DNA of 32,000 nucleotides from Pirellula staleyi DSM 6068 (lineage in GTDB: Bacteria > Planctomycetota > Planctomycetia > Pirellulales > Pirellulaceae): contig CP001848.1 in NCBI GenBank assembly GCA_000025185.1, positions 1,830,001 to 1,862,000 of the forward strand, read 5' to 3'. The position numbers and the translations under genes are program-made. Numbering within the stretch: the first letter of the stretch is position 1; each line of letters begins with the position of its first letter. Positions 1-9,857 of the stretch are shown here, in pieces. The notes under the pieces were generated by a model. That model did no database searches. It was not told where the DNA came from and saw only the letters and a list, made by a program, of their open reading frames with translations.

Positions 1-452
1 GCGCGGTTTGCGACGAAGCACATCGTCACGGGGCACGCGTCAAAGTGATCTTTGAAAACGATTATCTGACAGCAGGTGGCGCGGGACTTTCGAGCGACGA
101 TTTCAAACGCCGACTCTGTCAGCTTAGCGAGCGCGCGGGGGCTGATTGGGTGAAAACTTCCAGCGGCTATGGCTTTATCAAACAGCCGGATGGGAAGTAC
201 AGCTATCAAGGTGCCACCGAGCACGATCTCGCGCTGATGCGCGCCAGCTGCTCGCCGCAGGTGCAAGTGAAAGCTGCTGGAGGGGTGCGCGATCTCGATG
301 GTCTGATTCGTGTGCGTGATTTAGGGGCTTCACGCTGTGGCGCTACCGCCACGGCAGCGATGCTCGATGAGTATCGCCGGCGCGAAGCTGCTGAAAAATC
401 GGGCGCATCGGTCGCGGTGACCGAAGGTGTCATCGGCACCGGCTCTTATTAA
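1..452 (+). CDS. deoC: Deoxyribose-phosphate aldolase, C-terminal part (5' end outside window; codons in window frame 3)
   Basis: The frame is open from base 3 (AVCDEAHRHGARVKVIFENDYL). It contains VKTSSGYGF (the Schiff-base lysine region of class I aldolases) and VKAAGGVRDLDGLIRVRDLGASRCGATATAAML, both typical of DeoC. Stop TAA at 450-452. Confidence 0.8.
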   Translation, partial: AVCDEAHRHGARVKVIFENDYLTAGGAGLSSDDFKRRLCQLSERAGADWVKTSSGYGFIKQPDGKYSYQGATEHDLALMRASCSPQVQVKAAGGVRDLDGLIRVRDLGASRCGATATAAMLDEYRRREAAEKSGASVAVTEGVIGTGSY

Positions 453-569
453 CGCGCGCGACGCGATTCGATTTGCCCTGAGCCGGTGCGCGCGGCGATA
501 ATCGAAGCCGCTCGTCCTGCTTCACTCGTTCTGCATAACTCTACTCTCCCCTGGCTCACGAGAAGTTCG

Positions 570-3500
570 ATGATGGCGTCTCGCTCGATCGGTTTGACAT
601 CGCTGCTCGTCCTGTGCCTGCTCGGTGCGCAGCTTGCGCGCGGCGACGATTTTCCCGCTGTCCGCAGTAGTCCCTCGGAGGCAAATCTCAAGCCGATGGA
701 GGCCGAGGAAGCAGCGTCGAAGATCAAGTTGCCCGAAGGTTTTCGCGCCACGCTGTTTGCAGCAGAACCCGATGTCCAAAACCCAATTGCGATGGCATGG
801 GACAAGCGTCATCGTCTCTGGATCGCGGAAAATTACACCTATTCTGATCGCTCGCAGCGGTTCGATCTGTCGCATCGCGATCGTGTGCTGATCTTCGAAG
901 ATACCGACAACGATGGCCGCGCCGACTCGCGCAAGGTCTTCACCGATCAAGTGCAAATGTTGACCAGCGTCGAGCTGGGGCGCGGTGGCGTGTGGCTGAT
1001 GTGTCCGCCGCAATTGCTCTTCATTCCCGATGCCGACGGCGACGATCAGCCCGATGGTCCGCCACAAGTGATGCTCGATGGCTTCGACGTCGCGCAAGAC
1101 AACTATCACAACTTTGCGAACGGTCTGCGCTGGGGTCCCGATGGCTGGCTTTATGGACGCTGCGGCCACTCTTGCCTCGGCAAGCTCGGTATCCCCGGAA
1201 CTCCTGCAGAAAATCGCGTTCCGATCGATGGTGGCATCTGGCGTTATCATCCCGATCGAAAAGTGGTCGAAGTCCTCTGTCATGGAACGGTGAATCCGTG
1301 GGGGCACGACTGGGACAAAAACGGCGAGCTGTTTTTCATCAACACCGTGATCGGTCACTTGTGGCATGTTTCGCCCGGATCGCACTACAAAGAATCGTTT
1401 GGCGAAAGCATGAATCCGCATGTCTATGAGCGGATGGACATGATCGCCGATCACTACCACTTCGACACGCGTGGAAGTTGGACCGACAGCCGCGATGGAA
1501 AAGCGAATGATCTCGGTGGCGGACACGCGCACATCGGCATGCTGATCTACGGTCACGATGCGTGGCCCGCGTCGTATCGCGACAAACTGATGACGATCAA
1601 CATGCATGGTCAGCGCGCGAATGTCGAGCGCTTGGAGCGAACACTTTCGGGTTATGTCGGCAAGCATGAGCCCGATTTTTTTGTGGCGGCTGATCCCTTT
1701 TTTCGCGGCCTCGATCTCTCGGTGGGACCCGATGGCAATGTGTTTGTGATCGACTGGAGCGATACCGGCGAGTGTCACGATCACACGGGTGTGCATCGCG
1801 AAAGTGGCCGGATTTTCAAGATCAGTTACGGTGCAGAGCGCGAGCGACAAGTGGTGCCCAAACCGTTTTGCATCGCTGGCGATGGGAAGCTCGCCGAACT
1901 GCTGCGCGACTATCAAGCCGAAAAGACAACCCCCGAGAAATTGCTAGCGCTCGAGCACGATCCCGATGAGCATATGCGGGTCTGGGCCATTCGTTTACTC
2001 ACCGATTTCTGGCCCCTCGACACAATTGTCGGGCCACAGCCGAGCGCTAAGTATCCTGACGATCCTGCAGTGCTGGCGATGCTCCTGCGCCGGGCAGAGC
2101 ATGACGAATCGGGACTGGTGCTGCGCGTCATTGCATCGACCATGCAGCGACTCCCGACCAGGCATCGCGCTGCAGTGGCCGAGCGCCTCGTCGCGCACGA
2201 ACAATATGCCGGCGATGTCGATCTCGCACTGCTAGTTTGGTATGGCCTCATCCCTGTCGCGAGCGACGATCCGCAGTCGCTCGTGGCGGTTGCCAGGCAA
2301 AGTCGCTGGCCCTTGCTCGCACGCTCGATCGCGCGCAATTTAATGTCGCAAAGCGCAGCGCGACCCGAGCTGATGGATGCCCTTCTGACGAGCGCCGAGA
2401 AAATGCCAGCCGCTTCGCAGGCGCAAATTCTGCTGGGGATGGAAGAGGCGACGCGAGGCTGGCGCAAGGCGAAACAGCCCGAGAGCTGGGAGCGTTTTAC
2501 ATCGCTTCCTGCGCTTGCCGAGTCGGCTGATCGAGTGCGCGAGCTGAGCACGCTGTTTGGCGATGGACGCGCTTTGGCCGAGATTCGCGAAATCGCAAAA
2601 AATGGCAAAATCGACCTGCAAACACGCGTAAAAGCGGTCGAAACGCTGATCGAAGCCAATCCCGACGATCTCCGTCCGCTCCTCGAATCGCTGCTCGATA
2701 CGCGGGTGCTCAACCGGGCCGCAGCGCGCGGACTAAGCACCTACGACGATCCGGCCATCGCCACGCTGCTGGCCCGCAAGTACAAACGTTTTCAAGCCGA
2801 AGATCGCGCGGTCGTGATCGAAATTCTTCTCTCCCGCGCCAGCTTTGCCGAGTCGCTGCTCGATAGCTTTGCCGACGGTAAGGGGCAAATTCCGCTCACC
2901 GATATCACCGCCAGTCACGCGCGGCAGATTGTCAGCTTGCAGCAAGAATCGCTCACCAAAAAACTGACCGAAGTTTGGGGCGAGCTGCGCGACTCGTCGG
3001 CCGAGAAGCTCGCGCTCAAAGCAGCGCTCCGCGAGCGGCTCACTTCCGAGCATCTGCAGCAGGCCAAACTGGCTGAAGGGCGCACGATCTTCTCCAAGAC
3101 CTGTGCGCAGTGTCATCAGCTGTATGGCGAAGGGAAGAAAGTGGGGCCCGATCTCACCGGCTCTCAGCGGCAAAATCTCGACTACCTGCTCGAGAACATT
3201 CTCGATCCGAGTGCTGTCGTCGGCAAAGACTATCGCATGACAATGGTGCAGATGACCGATGGTCGTGTGCTGAGTGGTCTGGTTGTTTCCAAGTCGCCCG
3301 AACAAGTGGTGCTGCATACGGCGAGCGAAGAACTTTCGTTGCCGGTCGACGAGATCGAGCAATCGCGCGAGACAAATCTCTCCGCGATGCCCGATGGTCT
3401 CTTGCAGAATCTGAGCGAGGCGCAAGTGCGCGATCTCATTGCGTATTTGATGCACTCGAGTCAAGTGCCACTCGCTCGCGATGCAGAGCGCGAGCCTTAA
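570..3500 (+). CDS. PVC-type heme-binding CxxCH protein / membrane-bound dehydrogenase-domain protein with HEAT-like repeats
   Basis: ATG 570 yields the signal peptide MMASRSIGLTSLLVLCLLGAQLARG; the ORF is open from 486. The N-terminal block KLPEGF..LFAAEPDVQNPIAMAWDKRHRLWIAE is typical of the planctomycete/verrucomicrobial dehydrogenase-like domain. The centre is a long helical repeat region. The C-terminus has the cytochrome c motif CAQCH followed by GPDLTG, NLDYLLENILDPS and SAMP. Confidence 0.85.
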   Translation: MMASRSIGLTSLLVLCLLGAQLARGDDFPAVRSSPSEANLKPMEAEEAASKIKLPEGFRATLFAAEPDVQNPIAMAWDKRHRLWIAENYTYSDRSQRFDLSHRDRVLIFEDTDNDGRADSRKVFTDQVQMLTSVELGRGGVWLMCPPQLLFIPDADGDDQPDGPPQVMLDGFDVAQDNYHNFANGLRWGPDGWLYGRCGHSCLGKLGIPGTPAENRVPIDGGIWRYHPDRKVVEVLCHGTVNPWGHDWDKNGELFFINTVIGHLWHVSPGSHYKESFGESMNPHVYERMDMIADHYHFDTRGSWTDSRDGKANDLGGGHAHIGMLIYGHDAWPASYRDKLMTINMHGQRANVERLERTLSGYVGKHEPDFFVAADPFFRGLDLSVGPDGNVFVIDWSDTGECHDHTGVHRESGRIFKISYGAERERQVVPKPFCIAGDGKLAELLRDYQAEKTTPEKLLALEHDPDEHMRVWAIRLLTDFWPLDTIVGPQPSAKYPDDPAVLAMLLRRAEHDESGLVLRVIASTMQRLPTRHRAAVAERLVAHEQYAGDVDLALLVWYGLIPVASDDPQSLVAVARQSRWPLLARSIARNLMSQSAARPELMDALLTSAEKMPAASQAQILLGMEEATRGWRKAKQPESWERFTSLPALAESADRVRELSTLFGDGRALAEIREIAKNGKIDLQTRVKAVETLIEANPDDLRPLLESLLDTRVLNRAAARGLSTYDDPAIATLLARKYKRFQAEDRAVVIEILLSRASFAESLLDSFADGKGQIPLTDITASHARQIVSLQQESLTKKLTEVWGELRDSSAEKLALKAALRERLTSEHLQQAKLAEGRTIFSKTCAQCHQLYGEGKKVGPDLTGSQRQNLDYLLENILDPSAVVGKDYRMTMVQMTDGRVLSGLVVSKSPEQVVLHTASEELSLPVDEIEQSRETNLSAMPDGLLQNLSEAQVRDLIAYLMHSSQVPLARDAEREP

Positions 3501-3583
3501 TCGTTTATCGGATGCAATAAATCGACCGGCGTAAGCATCTATGCTTTGCGCTGCGCCGCCTCTCCGTTTTTGGGAACCTCTCA

Positions 3584-5221
3584 ATGCGAACTGCATCCTG
3601 GTTTTTATCGCTTTTCGTGCCGCTGTTGCTTCCAGCGTTTTTGCTCGCCGCTGAGCCGAAACAGCCGAACATCCTGTTTGCTTTTGCCGACGACTGGGGG
3701 CGCGTGGCGAGTGCTTACGCTAAGCTCGACGGTCCCGGCACATTCAACGATGTGGTGCAAACCCCGCACTTCGATCGCATCGCATCGGAAGGTGTGCTGT
3801 TTCGCCGTGCGTTTGTCTCTTCGCCGAGTTGCACGCCCTGCCGCAGCGCGCTCCTTACCGGACAGCATTTCTGGCGCACCGGGCGCGGCGCAATTCTACA
3901 AGGCGCTATTTGGGATGGCTCGATCACCTCGTTTCCAGAAGTCCTCGCGACGAAAAACTATCATCTCGGCGAGACCTACAAAGTTTGGAGTCCTGGCTTT
4001 CCGAACGATGCTCCCTACGGCGCTGGCAAGTATGCCTACGAGAAGAGTGGCGGCCGCTTCAATCAGTTTTCGCAGAACGTCACGAAGCTCGTTGCCGAAG
4101 GCAAACCACTCGCCGAGGCCAAGCAGCAACTCTACGGCGAAGTGGTGGCCAACTTCGAGGCGATGCTCGCCGCACGCGCTACCGATCAGCCGTTCTGCTA
4201 CTGGTTCGGACCGACAAACGTCCATCGCAAATGGATCAAGGGATCGGGCAAAGCACTTTGGAATATCAACCCCGATGATCTGCAGGGCAAGCTCCCCAAG
4301 TTTCTTCCCGATGTTGCTGAAGTGCGTGAAGACTTCGCCGATTACCTCGGTGAAGTGCAAGCTTTCGACGCAGCGCTAGGCGAGATCCTGAAGCGACTCG
4401 AAGCGACGGGCGAACTCGAAAACACGGTCATCGTCGTCAGTGGCGATCATGGTCCCCCGGGCTTTCCGCACGGCAAATGCAACCTCTATGATTTCGGCGC
4501 CAGCGTTTCGCTTGCCATTCGTTGGGGAGGTGCCAAGGGGGGCCGCGTCGTCGACGACCTCATCAGCTTGACCGATCTCGCCCCCACGTTCATTCAGCTG
4601 GCCGGCGGCGAAATTCCTACGGGCACCACCGGGCGAAGTTTGGTCAGCATCCTCAAGAGTGAGAAACAGGGGCAGATCGAGCCGGAGCGGAACGCGGTTT
4701 ATATCGGCCGGGAACGTCATGTCGAAGATGCACGGGCCGATTACATGCCCTATCCACAGCGCGCTATTCGCACGCACGATTTTCTCTACATCATTAACTT
4801 CCGCCCCGATCGTTGGCCCCTTGGCGATCCCTATCGACTCGATGGCGATCGTCCACCGACCGCGGAGGAGATCACCGAGAACACCCGCGTGACACTTCCC
4901 GACGACGACGCAGGACCTGCCAAGGCGTGGCTTGTGGGACAGCGGAACCATCCGATGTGGAAGGCCCATTTCAACTGGGTGTTTGGCAAACGGCCCCGCG
5001 AAGAACTGTACGACCTGAAGGCCGATCCCGATCAGCTGACCAACGTTGCCGCTGATCCCAAGTATGCCGCAGCACGCGCGGAACTTGAGCAGCGATTGCT
5101 CACCACGCTGCGGGAGACAAACGATCCCCGTCTGGTCGACGATGGTAAGTTCTTCGAGACTCCGCCAATGTCGGGACCACTGCCACCTCGCCCCGCTGGC
5201 AAGAAGGGGAAGCAAAAATAA
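3584..5221 (+). CDS. Sulfatase (formylglycine-dependent arylsulfatase family), secreted
   Basis: Signal peptide MRTASWFLSLFVPLLLPAFLLAA. Contains PNILFAFADDWG, the sulfatase signature SCTPCRSALLTGQ (C-x-P-x-R) and SGDHGPP. Confidence 0.9.
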   Translation: MRTASWFLSLFVPLLLPAFLLAAEPKQPNILFAFADDWGRVASAYAKLDGPGTFNDVVQTPHFDRIASEGVLFRRAFVSSPSCTPCRSALLTGQHFWRTGRGAILQGAIWDGSITSFPEVLATKNYHLGETYKVWSPGFPNDAPYGAGKYAYEKSGGRFNQFSQNVTKLVAEGKPLAEAKQQLYGEVVANFEAMLAARATDQPFCYWFGPTNVHRKWIKGSGKALWNINPDDLQGKLPKFLPDVAEVREDFADYLGEVQAFDAALGEILKRLEATGELENTVIVVSGDHGPPGFPHGKCNLYDFGASVSLAIRWGGAKGGRVVDDLISLTDLAPTFIQLAGGEIPTGTTGRSLVSILKSEKQGQIEPERNAVYIGRERHVEDARADYMPYPQRAIRTHDFLYIINFRPDRWPLGDPYRLDGDRPPTAEEITENTRVTLPDDDAGPAKAWLVGQRNHPMWKAHFNWVFGKRPREELYDLKADPDQLTNVAADPKYAAARAELEQRLLTTLRETNDPRLVDDGKFFETPPMSGPLPPRPAGKKGKQK

Positions 5222-5242
5222 GCCTCCCTCCACCAAGCGCGC

Positions 5243-5279
5243 AAAAAAAGACGCCGTGCCCTGTGCGAGCGCGGCGTCT
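5243..5279. terminator. Intrinsic terminator hairpin between convergent genes (U-tract on the minus strand)
   Basis: AGACGCCG (5249-5256) pairs perfectly with CGGCGTCT (5272-5279). On the plus strand it is preceded by A7 (5243-5249), so the minus-strand transcript reads stem-loop + U7. It lies 22 nt after the sulfatase stop and about 280 nt after the DUF1559 gene stop. Confidence 0.5.
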
Positions 5280-5339
5280 GATTGGTCATGCAGCGATCAA
5301 TGTCATGCAAAACGTGTTGGCTACGAGTCGTCTAGGTAT

Positions 5340-5406
5340 CGATCCATGTCAGGCAGCAACACCTAGGCTACATCCCAGTGTGCCACTGGGCTCTGCCCAG
5401 TGAGAA
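5340..5406. repeat. Dispersed palindromic intergenic repeat, family A, copy 1
   Basis: CGATCCATGTCA ... GTGCCACTGGGCTCTGCCCAGTGAGAAG. The same two blocks recur at 26643-26693, and the second block recurs at 27145-27172. It contains the perfect hairpin CACTGGGC-TCT-GCCCAGTG (5384-5402). A related hairpin CACTGGCA-AAA-TGCCAGTG lies at 5466-5484. Confidence 0.8.
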
Positions 5407-5560
5407 GTGGAGAGGGACCCTATGTTTTAGGCAGATTTCGCCCAAAACATCGGCTCCAGCTTCCGCACTGGCAAAATGCCAGTGGCACCCCAAAACAGCT
5501 GAGCTTGATCGATAGACAGATTACTACATCCAATTTCGCTCGAAAAACGAGCGAATCGGA

Positions 5561-6526
5561 CTAGAACTGCCCCACGACGTTGCCGTCCCAGCGATCCGAG
5601 ATCGCCGTCAGCGTGGCGAAGTCGACCGTTTGGGCCACCATGCGAACCGAACCATCCGCCAGCACGCACATCACGCCCGATGGGTGAGCCGAGAAGAGCG
5701 GAATGTTCACTTCGTAAGGGGCTCCGTTGCCAGCCGAACCGTAGCCACCCTTGATGGGATAACGCACGGTGGTGACGTTTTGGGTCCAGTTACGGGCACC
5801 AGCGCCACAGCTCCAAGCTCCACCCCAGTGACCACTCGAGCGGCGATCGACTTTGTTGCCGCTGGCGTCGCGCTGGAAGTCGCTCTGCTCGCTGGCCATC
5901 ATCACGTTGCTCGTGCCGTCGGTGATGTCTTTGAAGCCGACGGTGAACTCGCTGATGGAGATCACGCCGCTATAAACAGTCCGGCCGTAGGTGTCTTGGA
6001 ATGGACCAGGCGAGACCGTGGTCGAGGTGCCACCGGTGTAGTACGAACCACTGATACCAACGTAGTGCGGGGTTTGCACTTCCACGGCACCCAGCATTTT
6101 GGTCTTGGGAAGTGGCGACGAGGGGCACCATAAACCTGGCACGCGGAGCGTTTGAATCAGGTTGACATTGGGCGAAGCGGGAGCATCTTGCAGCGTCCAG
6201 TCGCCGGTGAAGACAGCCTTCTCAAAAGCGGGCTGTTGTTCCATGAACGGGAGCAGACGGAAGAACCACGACACACCGCGCTGGATGGTCGAGCCACTAC
6301 CAACCTGCGGCACACCGTTGAAAGGCAGGATGCCGAAGGTGTCGTGATACATGTGGGCCGCCAGGCCCATTTGCTTGAAGTTGTTCGAGCATTGCGAGCG
6401 ACGGGCAGCTTCGCGCGCAGCTTGCACGGCGGGAAGCAGCAGAGCCACCAAGACACCGATAATGGCGATCACCACCAGCAGTTCCACCAGGGTAAAACCC
6501 CGGGTGTTGGAACGCAAATCACGCAT
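5561..6526 (-). CDS. DUF1559 domain protein with prepilin-type N-terminal cleavage/methylation motif (H-X9-DG type)
   Basis: N-terminus RGFTLVELLVVIAIIGVLVALLLPAVQAAREAARRSQCSNNFKQMGLA. C-terminus HPSGVMCVLADGSVRMV. A GAGGAG Shine-Dalgarno lies 7 nt upstream of ATG 6526. Confidence 0.9.
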   Translation of the reverse strand: MRDLRSNTRGFTLVELLVVIAIIGVLVALLLPAVQAAREAARRSQCSNNFKQMGLAAHMYHDTFGILPFNGVPQVGSGSTIQRGVSWFFRLLPFMEQQPAFEKAVFTGDWTLQDAPASPNVNLIQTLRVPGLWCPSSPLPKTKMLGAVEVQTPHYVGISGSYYTGGTSTTVSPGPFQDTYGRTVYSGVISISEFTVGFKDITDGTSNVMMASEQSDFQRDASGNKVDRRSSGHWGGAWSCGAGARNWTQNVTTVRYPIKGGYGSAGNGAPYEVNIPLFSAHPSGVMCVLADGSVRMVAQTVDFATLTAISDRWDGNVVGQF

Positions 6527-6662
6527 AGCATCTCTCCTCAGTCTGGGAAAAAACGGACATAAAAACTGCGTCTACAATGAAGGCAGCAGACGTGGACGTG
6601 ACCGAGCAGCCGATCGTTCGAAGGCGATCGCATGCCAGGGGAGAGAGGGGTTGATCGGTGGG

Positions 6663-6687
6663 AGCCCCCTTCCGTGCCAAGGGGGCT
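6663..6687 (-). terminator. GC-rich hairpin between the lipoprotein gene and the DUF1559 gene (possible attenuator/terminator, no U-tract)
   Basis: AGCCCCCTT (6663-6671) and AAGGGGGCT (6679-6687) form a perfect 9-bp stem with a 7-nt loop, 15 nt downstream of the lipoprotein stop. Confidence 0.25.
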
Positions 6688-6701
6688 GATTGCGCGAGAA
6701 A

Positions 6702-7118
6702 CTATCGGCTTGTCAAATCGAAGTTCACTTCGTTCGAACCGCTGGTGACCGTGGCGGTCAATGTCGAGGCGACGTTGTATTTAGGTGGGAGTGGTTCCAC
6801 GAATGGTGGTTCGCTCCCGGGATTTTCAGGAGCTTGATACTGCGTGGTGATGCTCACCTTATGCTCCCCCAATTCCGCCCCTTTCACACCGGGCAAAAAG
6901 GAGAGTTCGTACTTGCCACTGCTGTCGGTCACCCCTTCCGAGGGTCGACCTTTCGCCGGCGCGAACATCACATAGGCGTTGGGATACGGAGCTCCGTCGA
7001 GCGTGACAACGCCACTGACGGTGGAAAGCTTGGGCAGATCCGAACTGGAACAACCACCAGCCGCAAAGAGCGCGACAGCCGCGAGTGAAACAAAGCGAGC
7101 GAAACGTGCGGTGTGCAA
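6702..7118 (-). CDS. Small lipoprotein with carboxypeptidase-regulatory-like (beta-sandwich) domain
   Basis: Signal peptide plus cysteine, MHTARFARFVSLAAVALFAAGGC. Then VSGVVTLDGAPYPNAYVMF..GVTDSSGKYELSF, typical of CarboxypepD_reg-like lipoproteins that accompany DUF1559 genes. The start is TTG at 7118, preceded by GGAGGA with a 6-nt spacer. There is no in-frame ATG or GTG upstream before the stop at 7182-7184. Confidence 0.75.
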   Translation of the reverse strand: MHTARFARFVSLAAVALFAAGGCSSSDLPKLSTVSGVVTLDGAPYPNAYVMFAPAKGRPSEGVTDSSGKYELSFLPGVKGAELGEHKVSITTQYQAPENPGSEPPFVEPLPPKYNVASTLTATVTSGSNEVNFDLTSR

Positions 7119-7795
7119 AGAAAATCCTCCCGAAGGCCAAGATGGCGATGCTCGTTCGGGAGAGACAAACGAGTGAACTCTTCACATAATGCATCATCGG
7201 GCGGCTGGCCGCAATTCCCTAGCCGGAGGGGTAGGCTCCTAGTTCTCGTTTTGCGGGAAACACCGCCCTTACCCTTCCATCGGGTCGGCTGTGCGCGGTT
7301 TTCATCCTGCAAAATCTAGTAAAACGCGCGGTTTTTTCTTTGAAACGGTACCTGCAAGCACTCCTCGGTTATCTCGCGATTTATTTAGATTTCCCTAGAA
7401 AAACGCCGCTTTCGCAAGCTCAGTACCTCCCCGCAAACCCCATCGCTGACGCTCACCATGCCCGGCGAGAGCAAAAGGTGCGTATGCGCTGAAAGTTCGC
7501 TCGTCTAACCACGCTTTTCCCTAGCGGTCCCCCGCCCGCACCACCAACTTCCCCGCAAAAAATTCCTCCACCCAGCCCCCATCTCCGTTCGAAGTTCGAT
7601 GCGTAGTTTGCAGCTCAGGTACTCCGTACCTGACCAAAAAGCCGATCGGCCCCCGACAAAGCAACCTTATTTTCCCTCGGTCACCCTCCCCCTGTGCGTT
7701 GTTTACTCGGGTCTTGATTCCTGTTAGCAAGTCGCTGTGCAGAGCATGGCGTGGGCTGTTTGCTCGTTTCGTTTTTCTGTTTGGGGAGAAGGGAT

Positions 7796-9283
7796 ATGCG
7801 TCGAGAGGGGGAATGGGAACTGCGGGGGTTGCTGAGCTGGGGGCTGGCTGGTTGTTTGTGGCTGGTGGCTGTTTTGGTGGCAGGGGAAGCGTTTGCAGAC
7901 GATGCGGCGCGACAGCCGAATGTGGTGGTGGTGTTTATTGATGATCTGGGGTGGGGAGATTTTTCGTGCTTCGGGAACAAAGAGGGGGCGACTCCGCATA
8001 TCGATCGGATGGCGGCGGAAGGGATTCGTTTTTCGCAGTTTTATGTCAGTTCGCCGATCTGCTCGCCGTCGCGCTGCTCGCTGACAACCGGCCAATATCC
8101 GCAGCGCTGGAAAATCACGTCGTTCCTGAACAGCCGCGCTGATAACGCGCGGCGCGGTGTCGCCAACTGGCTCGATCCCGAAGCGCCGACGATGGCGCGG
8201 ATCCTTCAGCAGCACGGCTATCGGACGGGCCATTTTGGCAAATGGCATCTGGGGGGACAGCGTGATGTCGACGATGCCCCGGCGATTGCGAAGTATGGCT
8301 TCGACGCGTCGCTCACGAATTTCGAAGGGATGGGGGCCAAGCTGTTGCCGCTCACGCTGAAGCCTGGGGATAGTGTGCCGGGCAAAATCTGGAGTGATGC
8401 CGAGCGGCTCGGCGCGCCGGTGACCTGGATGCAGCGGTCGAAGATCACGGGGGGCTTTGTCGATGGGGCGATCGCGTTTATCGATGCCGCCACTCGCGAT
8501 GGGAAGCCGTTCTACGTCAATGTTTGGCCCGACGATGTACATAGCCCTTTCTGGCCCCCGGTGGAAACTTGGGGAGAGAACAAACGCGAGCTGTATCTAG
8601 CGGTGCTCGAGGCGATGGACCTGCAACTCGGGAAGTTGTTTGACCATCTGCGTTCGCGCGATGAGCTGCGCGAGAACACCATCGTGCTGATTTGCAGCGA
8701 CAATGGCCCGGAAGCTGGCGCCGGAAGTGCCGGGCCGTTTCGAGGTGGCAAAACAGAGTTGTTTGAAGGGGGAATTCGCTCGCCGCTGATTGTTTGGAGC
8801 CCCGCGCTGGTGGCGGCTGAGCAGCGTGGCAAGGCCAACGAAACAGCAGTCCTCTCGACGCTCGATCTGCTCCCCTCGCTGGCCAAGCTCGCTGGGGCAC
8901 CGCTGCCGGCCGACGTGCAGTTCGATGGCGAAGAGTGCTCGGCAACGCTGCTCGGTCGCGGTAATGAGTCGCGCACAGCGCCCCTGTTTTGGCGACGTCC
9001 ACCCGATCGCAAAACAGCCGGGGCGAAAGGTCGGCGGGTGCTGCCCGATCTCGCCATGCGCGAGGGGAAGTGGAAGCTGTTATGCGATTACGACGGCGCA
9101 GGTGCGCTGCTGTATGACCTCGAAAGCGATCGAGGAGAAACCAAAAATCTGGCCCAGCAGCATCCCGATCGCACCAAGGCGATGCAGGCCAAACTCCTGG
9201 CGTGGCATAGCTCGATGCCTGCCGATCGTGGCCCCGAGCTGGGGCAAGAGACGCTCGAGTCGCTACGAAAAACAGCGAAATAA
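7796..9283 (+). CDS. Sulfatase (formylglycine-dependent), secreted
   Basis: Contains PNVVVVFIDDLGWGD, the signature ICSPSRCSLTTGQ (C-x-P-x-R), FGKWHLG and CSDNGPE. ATG 7796 is preceded by GGGGAGAAGGGA and followed by a hydrophobic signal-like stretch. The ORF is open from 7751. Confidence 0.9.
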   Translation: MRREGEWELRGLLSWGLAGCLWLVAVLVAGEAFADDAARQPNVVVVFIDDLGWGDFSCFGNKEGATPHIDRMAAEGIRFSQFYVSSPICSPSRCSLTTGQYPQRWKITSFLNSRADNARRGVANWLDPEAPTMARILQQHGYRTGHFGKWHLGGQRDVDDAPAIAKYGFDASLTNFEGMGAKLLPLTLKPGDSVPGKIWSDAERLGAPVTWMQRSKITGGFVDGAIAFIDAATRDGKPFYVNVWPDDVHSPFWPPVETWGENKRELYLAVLEAMDLQLGKLFDHLRSRDELRENTIVLICSDNGPEAGAGSAGPFRGGKTELFEGGIRSPLIVWSPALVAAEQRGKANETAVLSTLDLLPSLAKLAGAPLPADVQFDGEECSATLLGRGNESRTAPLFWRRPPDRKTAGAKGRRVLPDLAMREGKWKLLCDYDGAGALLYDLESDRGETKNLAQQHPDRTKAMQAKLLAWHSSMPADRGPELGQETLESLRKTAK

Positions 9284-9441
9284 GTCTCACTAACATCAGC
9301 TACTCGCAGCCGATTTCAGCATGTACTTTCGAGCGGCTGATTTCCTGCTTGCCACGCTCGGTATAATCGTTCCGCCCATCGTGGGGGCTCGTGATCACTA
9401 CAGAATTGATCGGCTAACTTATCGGCAGCGGGAGCGGATGG

Positions 9442-9831
9442 ATGAACACGCAAGTGATACTGCTTTGGATTGGTCGGGTCTTAACCGTGCTGTTGTCGGC
9501 GATGCTGATTTTCAGCGCTATCATGAAATTTGTCGGTGGGCCTGATCTCGAAGAGGGGATGGCCAAGTTCGGCTTGCCGATGAGCATTGTGGTGCCGCTC
9601 GGGATCGTCGAGCTGACCTGCGTGATCCTCTACCTCTGCCCACCGACGGCGATGATCGGCGCGATCTTGCTGACTGGATATATGGGGGGCGCGATGCTGA
9701 CCCATCTGCGCATCAACGACTCGATTGTGATCCACATTGTGCTCGCCATTTTGATTTGGGTCGCCCTCTATCTCCGCGAACCAAGACTCTGGAAGCTGAT
9801 GCCGATTCGAACCGACCTCTTTCCCAAATAG
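9442..9831 (+). CDS. DoxX-like family integral membrane protein
   Basis: 129 aa with four hydrophobic helices. The IFSAIMKFVGGP and LLTGYMGGAMLTHL blocks resemble the DoxX-like family. Confidence 0.7.
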   Translation: MNTQVILLWIGRVLTVLLSAMLIFSAIMKFVGGPDLEEGMAKFGLPMSIVVPLGIVELTCVILYLCPPTAMIGAILLTGYMGGAMLTHLRINDSIVIHIVLAILIWVALYLREPRLWKLMPIRTDLFPK

Positions 9832-9857
9832 TCTCTTCGCCCGGGAGTGCTCGCGCG

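Noticed and set aside
522-1916. 464-aa minus-strand ORF inside the dehydrogenase-like gene
   Set aside because: It is an antisense shadow ORF typical of GC-rich DNA. It has no recognisable motifs and an Arg/His-rich odd composition, and the plus-strand frame has strong family signatures.
7119-7795. 677-bp divergent intergenic region scanned for small genes, tRNA or ncRNA (includes ORFs 7113-7319 and 7521-7730)
   Set aside because: The ORFs have poor composition and no start context. There is no tRNA-like T-arm or GGTTCGAATCC-type motif, and only weak short hairpins (for example CAGGTAC/GTACCTG at about 7615-7631). It is most simply two divergent promoter/leader regions.
9756-9857. Upstream extension of the CHAT-protein ORF (alternative start at 9756)
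   Set aside because: It would overlap the last 76 nt of the DoxX-like gene in another frame. ATG 9858 (MADQLLLAELERRL) gives a clean 26-nt spacer.
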